A DNA stretch of 64,000 bases, taken from the NCBI GenBank assembly GCA_010015585.1, contig ML975159.1. One strand, written 5' to 3'. Below the pieces are notes generated by a model. The model was not told the DNA's origin. It saw only the letters and a program-made list of their open reading frames with translations, and ran no database searches. This DNA is from Eremomyces bilateralis CBS 781.70. Taxonomy: Eukaryota. Position 1 is the first letter of the stretch. Each line of letters opens with the position of its first letter. A program made the translations under genes and the position numbers. Of this stretch, positions 1-9,153 are shown piece after piece.

Positions 1-1816
1 AGGGTGCTGTACACCTAGCTCCTTCTCCCTCCCTTCTAGCGCTCGCCGGTTCAGCTTCTCCGCCTCCGAGTACTTCCCCTGACTTTGCAGCACCAACGCC
101 AGGACGGTAACACTTATTAGTGTCAATTGGTCGTCCTGCCCATTTGCCCTCTCTCCAGCATTCAGCGCCTTTATTGCTATGTCGTGTGCTATCTTATACC
201 TCCCTGTCATCCACATATACCACGCAGAATTTGTAAGAATCTTAGCCCAGTCTTTCAAAAACTTCTCAGTCACCGGCTCTGCGCCATATAACGATTCAAC
301 ATGCGGAAGCAGTTGCTGGCACTTCGCCCAGTTCTTAAACTCGCCGTTGGGAAGCTCTCGTGCCATTAATTGTACGAATTGTTGCTTCCACCACTCCGCG
401 TCGCTAAACGACGATAGCCAGATCCGTGTGCAGAACTGCACCAGGGCGTGCATCTCACACACGTCAGTCTCGGTTGTCGCAGAAACAAGGGAGTAAGCTT
501 GTAAGGTATCAAAGTCTTCGTCGAATTCATTATTAGCCTCGTCTTCGCAGCCTGGTTTTGCCACTGTCCTACTGACTGTCCTACTATGCCTTCGAAGTAT
601 AGACTCTGGAATTCCTTGGGGGTTAAAGAAGCTCATAAGCGATAGCAAGTCTGCAGCAGAAGGCCGTTCTTTACGGATACGCTCAAACGATATCTGCCAC
701 GTCGTTACCACCGAGTTAGATGCACTATCATCCCTACGGATATCGTCTATATCCCAATTTAGGAGATTTTCTCTCTTGTTATTGTTTCTTCGAAACTCGT
801 CGAGGTACTTAGAGATCGTCATTCGAGCTCGCCGGTTGATGTATGCAGCGGCCTGGGTGATTGCAAGAGGGATGTAGTCGAGAGCACGCAGCAGATCAAT
901 TGTGTCGTCGGTCAACGCGTCCTGCAGTAGCTTGTTTCGGAGGAGCTGTAGGCCTTGGGCCTCGTCCATTGCCTGCACCTCCTTGATATTCTTATAGCCT
1001 CCTGCTAGTCCGGCTGCTGCATCCTTGTTCCTAGAAGTGATCAGGATCGATCCGTTGGGGCTCTGCGGGAGGTAAACCGCCAGCGATGCCGGCGGGCTTT
1101 CGGACGGCTTGTCTTGCTCGCCCTTGCGCGACGAGAAGGTCTCGACGTCGTCGACGTTGTCGAGGACCATTGTCCATTGGCCGTTTGTTTCCTCGCATAG
1201 CCAGTTACGGACTAGCCGTAAAATATCGGCCTTCGGATTCTCTCGCCCCGGAAGCTCTAACCTGTCTGCAATATCTCTGTACGCTTCTTCAAATCGGGCC
1301 TTAGTACTAGCGTATACCCAGAAGATGGACGTTTGCGGCGATGTATCGCGGATATCGTAGCAGTATCGGATAGCTATTTGCGACTTCCTACCTGCTATTA
1401 GCCTAATAGTGTAAAGAACAGATACTAACATACCCTACGCCGCCAAGGCCGACGAGCGCGGCGCGAGCGCCCGGTCTTGCGCAGTTGTCGTGGATCCACG
1501 CTAGAATGTCCGGCCGGTCGACGAAGTCAGGGTCTGGTGCGAACGGGACGGTGGAGAAAGGGGTGCGTTTTCGGCTCGGTCCGTCTGTGCGCTGGTTTAA
1601 GCATTGATATTTGATATTTGATAATAGATATTGGGTGGTCATGAATCCTATGGTGTGCTCACTTGAAATAATGAAGTTCGTCGTCCCGCCAGCCGCAGTG
1701 GTCGTCCCGGCAATGACGGTGTCACCCTGAATGCCCCCAGTGAAGTCGCTCGGTTGTTGCATGCTTTGACTCGGATAACTCAGATGCGAGGCAGGCGAGG
1801 TGTTTCTTGTGGACAT
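1..1816 (-). CDS. NLR-like STAND protein (short N-terminal putative amyloid motif + NB-ARC + TPR); 3' end runs off the window
   Basis: ATG 1816; introns 1662-1585 and about 1433-1388. Spliced P-loop GLGGVG|KSQ, Walker B MVLDNVDD, ILITSRN, YIPLAITQAAAYI, EMHALVQ, then TPR unit QGKYSEAEKLNRRALEGREKELGVQHP at the window edge. No stops seen in the last exon. Confidence 0.9.
601..1474. repeat. Inverted repeat arm 1 (partner 3680-4553)
   Basis: Reverse complement aligns without gaps to 3680-4553; about 19 mismatches by manual count; P-loop intron identical. Confidence 0.95.
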
Positions 1817-2195
1817 CTATTCGCACTCAAAGTAGCAGCTAAGGAGTGACCAGACCCCCGCAGTATGGCGCCTCGCCGTTATATAAGTCCAGTTTTCGGA
1901 GCTTGTCAAAGTTGAGGCTGTGACGGAATATTATCGAGCCGATACCAGTCGTTACAGCGCTCTCCAATCGAGTTTATGTGGTCCATGCATGCAGGATGAA
2001 GCCACTCTGCCACTGGAGTCTGGAGACCACTGACCACGCGCGAGTGGAAGACCCCGCATGCTATGGGGGCGGAGTTGACTTCGTCGAAAATAGCCTCTTA
2101 TGGAGAGCATGTTGGCGTCTTGTCCTCTACCTTCTTTCCAGCCCAGCAATTTACGAAGATACAAGCTGTCTCAACCAGTTTCATTCAATATATGT
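1817..2195. promoter_or_regulatory. Putative shared divergent promoter of the two NLRs
   Basis: About 380 bp between divergent ATGs; TATA-like ttatataag at about 1879-1887. Positional inference only. Confidence 0.45.
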
Positions 2196-5100
2196 ATGGC
2201 GTTCTGGAAGCTGTCGAAGGGCAAAGGAGGTGCTCAGACGGCCCTTGCCGAGCCCCCAACAGATGAGCTATTCTCAACGGTTGGAGATTATGGCCTTCAA
2301 ACGCTATCCGAGAGCGTGGATGACATTATCGAGTAAGCGATCTAGCATACCTCATTAACTCCGCCAACCAGTAAAATCAGCATCGTTTTCGTCCACGGTT
2401 TAACCGGCAATCGCGAATCGACTTGGACCGACAGGACTGGCAACGTGTTCTGGCCAAAAGATCTACTCGCAAAAGATCTCCCAAAGGCGCGAGTCATCAC
2501 GTTTGGCTACGATGCCGATATCGTTCGAGGATTGAGCACGGCCGGAAACAGTACACTCAGAGACCACGGGAAAGCTTTGGCTGAGGACCTGGCTATGCGG
2601 AGGAAGAAGACAGATTCTGTAAGACTTGTTGCGGCGCAATTTAAACCAAGAGCTCTAGCGACGCAAGAGTGTCGTCCCGGCGCACATACCGGGCATTTAC
2701 GGTCTTTGCTGTGATGCACGTCAAAAGAGCCGCAAAGAGCTGTCGCCGAAGTAGCCGACATATATTGTTGGAAGGCCGTTAGCAAACGCTGACTCAAGTA
2801 ACAGAACCTTCGTCCTCTGATCTTCGTTGCGCATAGCCTTGGTGGATTGGTTGCTGAGCAGGCGAGTGATCCTCCAATATATTTACCAGCTACCAGTCCA
2901 CTAATACCCCAGTGCAGGCACTGCTTGTCTCTCGCGGCTCGGCCCAGCAGCATGTTAAGGACTTGCTTGAAAGCACCGTGGCGATTGCGTTCATGGGTAC
3001 TCCACACCTCGGATCGAATATTGCAAATTGGGGACATCCAATCTCGAAACTTTCAAACCTGCTGCGCAAAACCAACTCCAAGATTGTAGGAGTATTACAG
3101 CCGGGCTCTGAAATGCTCGCCACGGTCCAACAAGAGTTTCATATCATGCTTGACGACCGAGGTAGAAACGACAACAAACATATTAACATCTTTTGTTTTT
3201 ATGAAGAAGTCGGATACCCTGGGCTCGGCGAGGCATGCAATTCCTCTAATATCCTCTATAGCCGAATTCTAGTGCTAAGCTCTTACAGATAGTACCGAAG
3301 CAATCAGCGATCCTTACGGCGTATCCAAACATTGGCATTCATGCAACCCACACAGGGATGACAAAGTTCAAGACTTCCGAGGACGCCGGCTATGTGCGAG
3401 TACATGATCGGCTTTGGCTCTGGTATAATATTGTTGAAAAGAGCGTGTGTCCGGTCCCGCGCCCGAAGACCAGGATGCAACAAACGAGCAACTTCAACTT
3501 CGGAGTCCCGTCAAGACAAGGTAGATGCTCTCTCGGAACGTAGCTAACCCGTGGCTAACACCAGTGCAGAGGGGGCAAGCCGAGAACGGAAGCCCTTCTC
3601 CACCGTCCCGTTCGCACCAGACCCTGACTTCGTCGACCGGCCCGATATTCTAACGTGGATCTGCGACAAGTGTGCAGGGCCGGGCGCTCGCGCCGCGCTC
3701 GTCGGCCTTGGCGGCGTAGGGTATGTTAGTATCTGTTCTTTACACTATTAGGCTAATAGCAGGTAGGAAGTCGCAAATAGCTATCCGATACTGCTACGAT
3801 ATCCGCGATACATCGCCGCAAACGTCCATCTTCTGGGTATACGCTAGCACCAAGGCCCGATTTGAAGAAGCGTACAGAGACATTGCAGACAGGTTAAAGC
3901 TTCCGGGGCGAGAGAATCCGAAGGCCGATATTTTACGGCTAGTCCGTAACTGGCTATGCGAGGAAACAAACGGCCAATGGACAATGATCCTCGACAACGT
4001 CGACGACGTCGAGACCTTCTCGTCGCGCAAGGGCGAGCAAGACAAGCCGTCCGAAAGCCCGCCGGCATCGCTGGCGGTTTACCTCCCGCAGAGCCCCAAC
4101 GGATCGATCCTGATCACTTCTAGGAACAAGGATGCAGCAGCCGGACTAGCAGGAGGCTATAAGAATATCAAGGAGGTGCAGGCAATGGACGAGGCCCAAG
4201 GCCTACAGCTCCTCCGGAACAAGCTACTGCAGGACGCGTTGACCGACGACACAATTGATCTGCTGCGTGCTCTCGACTACATCCCTCTTGCAATCACCCA
4301 GGCCGCTGCATACATCAACCGGCAAGCTCGAATGACGATCCCTAAGTACCTCGACGAGTTTCGAAGAAACAACAATAAGAGGGAAAATCTCCTAAATTGG
4401 GATACAGACGATATCCGTAGGGACGATAGTACATCCAACTCGGTGGTAACGACGTGGCAGATATCGTTTGAGCGTATTCGTAAAGAACGGCCTTCTGCTG
4501 CAGACTTGTTATCGCTTATGAGCTTCTTTAACCCCCAAGGGATTCCAGAGTCGATACTTCATAAGCATAGTAGGAACGGGGCAGAATTAAACGGCGAAGG
4601 CGAGGCTGACGCCGCCTTCGAAGAAGACTTTGATACCTTACGGACATATTCGCTTATAGCAGCGACAGCCGAGACCGATATCTATGAGATGCACGCGCTA
4701 GTGCAATTCTGCACGCAGGTCTGGCTGTCGTCGTTTAGCGAGGCGGGGATATGGAAGCAAAGGTTTATAGGGCTGATGGCACAGGAGTTTCCAACTGGGC
4801 AATTCGAGAACTGGGGGAGGTGCCAGCAGTTACTTCCGCATATCGAATCCCTATACGACAAAGAGCCGGCGACTGACGAGTCCTTGAAGGACTGGGCTCA
4901 GATTCTTACAAATGCTGCATGGTACATGTCGATGATAGGGGGGTATAAGAGAGGACAAGACATAGCAGCAAAGGCGCTTAAGGCTAGAGAAAGGATATGT
5001 GGACAGGAAGACCAGTTAACACTAATAAGTGTTACCGTCCTAGCATCAGTGATCACAAGCCAGGGGAAGTACTCGGAGGCAGAAAAGCTGAACCGACGAG

Positions 5101-6236
5101 CGCTAGAAGGGTACGAGAAGGGGCTAGGTGTACAGCACCCAGATACGCTGACGAGCGTGGACAACCTGGCGGGCGTACTGAAATATCAGGGGAAGTACTC
5201 GGAGGCGGAGAAGCTGAACCGGCGAGCGCTAGAAGGGAGGGAGAAGGAGCTAGGTGTACAGCACCCNNNNNNNNNNNNNNNNNNNNNNNNNNNNNNNNNN
5301 NNNNNNNNNNNNNNNNNNNNNNNNNNNNNNNNNNNNNNNNNNNNNNNNNNNNNNNNNNNNNNNNNNNNNNNNNNNNNNNNNNNNNNNNNNNNNNNNNNNN
5401 NNNNNNNNNNNNNNNNNNNNNNNNNNNNNNNNNNNNNNNNNNNNNNNNNNNNNNNNNNNNNNNNNNNNNNNNNNNNNNNNNNNNNNNNNNNNNNNNNNNN
5501 NNNNNNNNNNNNNNNNNNNNNNNNNNNNNNNNNNNNNNNNNNNNNNNNNNNNNNNNNNNNNNNNNNNNNNNNNNNNNNNNNNNNNNNNNNNNNNNNNNNN
5601 NNNNNNNNNNNNNNNNNNNNNNNNNNNNNNNNNNNNNNNNNNNNNNNNNNNNNNNNNNNNNNNNNNNNNNNNNNNNNNNNNNNNNNNNNNNNNNNNNNNN
5701 NNNNNNNNNNNNNNNNNNNNNNNNNNNNNNNNNNNNNNNNNNNNNNNNNNNNNNNNNNNNNNNNNNNNNNNNNNNNNNNNNNNNNNNNNNNNNNNNNNNN
5801 NNNNNNNNNNGAGAAGCTGAACCGGCGAGCGCTCGAAGAGAGGGAAAAGGAGCTTGGAATAGATCATCCTGATACACTAACTTCCGTCTACTGCCTTGCC
5901 TATCTTTTACACAAGCGCAGGCGATATAGGGAGGCGTCCGAGCTCTACCAGAGAGCATCCAATGGCTACAAGCAGAAGCTCGGTTCCCAGCACCCGAAAA
6001 CTATTGCGTGTCTTAATTATTTTACAGCTATGCAACAGGAGGCAGGGGAGGAAAGACAAGGACTGAGCAGGACATCAGTTGATAATGATAAAGAGGAGCT
6101 TAGAGAGATACCCACCGATGGTGCTAGTATTCTGCATGGCAGTGAGGCTATGCCTGAGCAAACCAGCAGCTTGAAGAGCAAAAATGACTCATTTTACACG
6201 CACTTGAAAACGAGGATGCGTAGAAAAGATCTATAG
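2196..6236 (+). CDS. NLR with N-terminal SesB-like alpha/beta hydrolase + NB-ARC + TPR repeats (all-in-one architecture)
   Basis: Spliced: IVFVHGLTGN..TW, FWPKDLL, RVITFGYDA, LIFVAHSLGG (nucleophile elbow), FMGTPHLGS, CFYEE, HATHTGMTKF. A phase-1 intron (3521-3569) joins in frame to EGASRERKPFSTVPF, followed by GLGGVG|KSQ, ILDNVDD, EMHALVQ and TPRs. Introns 2333-2380, 2619-2803, 2862-2917, 3233-3288, 3521-3569, 3721-3766. N-gap 5267-5810. Confidence 0.88.
3680..4553. repeat. Inverted repeat arm 2 (partner 601-1474)
   Basis: Same alignment as arm 1. Confidence 0.95.
5020..5990 (+). repeat. Highly conserved 126-bp (42-aa) TPR tandem array, partly in an assembly gap
   Basis: Units QGKYSEAEKLNRRALEGxEKxLGVQHPDTLTSV at a 126-bp period; gap 5267-5810 lies inside the array. 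Confidence 0.9.
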
Positions 6237-7353
6237 AATGGAGGTATGACTGTTCTATTACTGATGTAATTTCCTAAGTAACATGATGTACTGTGAAGAA
6301 TAAATCACATGATTTGGATGAGTCTAAGAGAGCGATCGTTCAGTTGAAATGGTGGATTAATTATGGAATTTAGGAAAGCGGGATTTTTTATTCCGCACAG
6401 ATTTACAATGCTACCCCTCGAATGGGCTAACTAGTTAAGACAAAGTAGGAGATCCCCTAGTTAGGAGGACCGTGCAGTGAGAACAAATCAAAGACTTCAA
6501 AGTGACAAAGTCACAAAGTGTAAAACTGGAATCCGATTCTGCTCGCGACTGTAAACAATAATATATGTTGCTCTATTATTAATTGCTCCTTCCTTTCCTA
6601 TGTTCTCTCCTTTGCACCCTCCTGCTCAGTACAATCTCATCTAGATCTGTTTACGTATGATACCATGTTAACATCTCCAGTCCTTCGAGATGAGCAGCTG
6701 GTGTCCCCTAAAAACTCTTGATATTGATGAGCGACCTTCATGTCGATGTTCGTGAGTCTGCCGATGGAGCCTTACCGTCTGGATGCACCGCCTTTCGTGT
6801 CATCGGGTCCTACCCCAGTCCCACGATTTGCTTTGCCAGGCATCAATCCATGATGAAGGCCGCCGTCGGATTTGCCCATATAACTGCTGTTTAGCAACGA
6901 TATCCGCTGATATCCCCATCTCTATCGACGCGTGCCCCGGGATATTACAACCTAGCACCCAGCTCACCACCCTCAATACCAAACTGGCTTAGCGTCCGCA
7001 CCCTTATCGCAGAGACAGACGCTCAAAGGAAAAGATATCCGGCTTCTTGTCACCCAACCCCCTAGGACCCTGTTCTGCATAGGGGGTTAAACACTCAACC
7101 AGGTCTTCTGTGAGCTCTTTGACAATGGAAAGCTATACCATCCCCACCTCCTTGGCTCTGAATCCTACGCCTGGCCCCCCCCCAAAACGTCCGAAAACCG
7201 GCTCCTTCGCATGGCCGCTTTCCTTCGACGATCCGCCTGTCTCCATGTCTCCATTTGTGTTTGCATATCCCTCCCTCTGGTATGTGGTGTGCCTGATCGT
7301 CTCGGCATACCCCGGTCTCGAAGAACGTGTTAGTATCTAGACAACGCTTCTTC

Positions 7354-7420
7354 AAGGAACTCCTCTTCTCCAGGGAACTTCTCTTCTCCACGAACCTTCT
7401 CTTCTCCAGGGAACTTCTCC
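7354..7420. repeat. 18-bp imperfect tandem repeat (about 3.5 copies)
   Basis: Units resembling agggaacttctcttctcc. Confidence 0.7.
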
Positions 7421-7994
7421 CAAAACGGTTCTATTCTCCCAAACTCTCCTCTCTTTTCTCATCATTCACGTCCACATCATCCTCAAAGTCATCAGGAATG
7501 GTAGCACCCACCCAGCTCTCATACCATCTCCCAGATACCCACATACCTAATCAGCAACATTGACATTGTGCTTAGGATAGTGATACTCACAGCAGCCCCC
7601 CCCTAATCCCCTACTACGCCACATACCTCATTGCTGCATCATTCTCGCCCGGCTGAGGTCCCGTCACTTCAGTCCGACATCATCGACTCCCTTGAACGAC
7701 CTGCGCCACATTTTACACTGCCACCCCCTTCATTGTGTTGCTCAATCAGCACTAGTGGACAGGACTCCCATCAGCTCGATGACACTCATAGCGCAGAATC
7801 GAAGCAGGAATGAATTCGAGATATCCCTATCACTCTATGTGGACTAGGATGTTAGGTATCGCTGCCCGACATGGCTTGTTGAGAGAGTGGCGTGAAGTGA
7901 AAACGCGTTGCTAAATCAATCAGATGAGTGCAGAGTAAGAACATAGAGCAAACTGACGAAATGAGTGCGTAGTAAGACCGCCTACCAAAAAAAT

Positions 7995-8085
7995 TGTGAG
8001 ACAAGCGCGAGACAAGCATCAAGTGAGCCACCCAGCACAGGTGCGGAGACAAGCGCGAGACGAGCGAAAAGTGCGACCACCCGGC
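7995..8085. repeat. Degenerate two-copy tandem repeat of about 48 bp
   Basis: gagacaagcgcgagac...aagtg...ccaccc occurs twice. Confidence 0.55.
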
Positions 8086-9153
8086 CGAATATTGGGACGA
8101 GCGCACAAAAAGTGTGAGATGCGGCCGATACGAGATTGGGTTTTCATCAGCAAATCGTTCCACAATCGTGGGTGGGATGTTCACGTAACCTGCGTTATAC
8201 TGTTCGCGGAAGCATGCAGTTCTGAGCACAACAACGAACGTCGGCATTCCCACAACAATGAACATCGATATTCCGGGCTGCGTGAAGGACCTTACCAACA
8301 CAAACGAACCACTGGTTGCCGATCGAGATACTGCATCCATATCACATATCACGTCAAAAGAGGCAGGAAACAGATTGGTTGGACTTCCATTCCATTGCTA
8401 TGATGGGGAGGAACGATCTAGCTAAGCACCCGAAGGCGTACAGGATCATCAGCGAACTAGCTTTTGGTGCGAACAACAACAACGACAGGGATCCCCCTAA
8501 AGAATCGCCAACCACCCAGCCGACCCAGTGCCGCAACACCGATCAATCGTATTCCTCAACGCCAATGGCCGACGCCAAGGCCAACCGCCATATCAACTTC
8601 CGTCGTGCGCCAGTGATGTGAAATAGAGTGCATTTCATGATGGGTGGACGAAAGAGAAACGAGTAACGAAAGAAATGAAAGAAAACAGAAAAGACTGAGA
8701 ATCGCATCATGTGTGATAAGATTGAATGAGTGTGAAGATCGTTGAAACGAAATGGGAAGATAAGAGCAAGGAAAAACATGAATCAGCGTGGGGTGCGCTG
8801 AATGAGTGGTGTCCGTGGGGGATCGCAATAGGAACTCCGAAACACCGATCGCCTTCTATAATTTGTTGGGAAACTTCATCATATGGCAGAAGTGATAGAG
8901 GTCGATAACATGGTGTTCACCGAAGTATCCAGCTCAGACACCCAAGTGCACAACGCCTGGCATTCCTCGGAGTCATGAGGAACAGGCATGGAAAACCGCG
9001 TGAAGAGCGATTGGAAAGCAGGAGCAGTGAAAGTAGTCAAAGGAAAACAGGAATGTGATGGGAATGGAAGTCCATAGGAAATTTCAGTGAAAGAAAGAAA
9101 GACTCGGAGTGAATCGAGCAGATGCGATGCAGTCTGCAGCCCGCATTGCGAAG

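Noticed and set aside
4997..5958. ORFs spanning the N-run
   Set aside because: Artefacts of the assembly gap; the same applies to 40704-41585.
6600..7800. Possible decayed gene on the minus strand (acidic stretch, splice-like signals, 18-bp repeat)
   Set aside because: No consistent frame or recognisable domain, and many stops.
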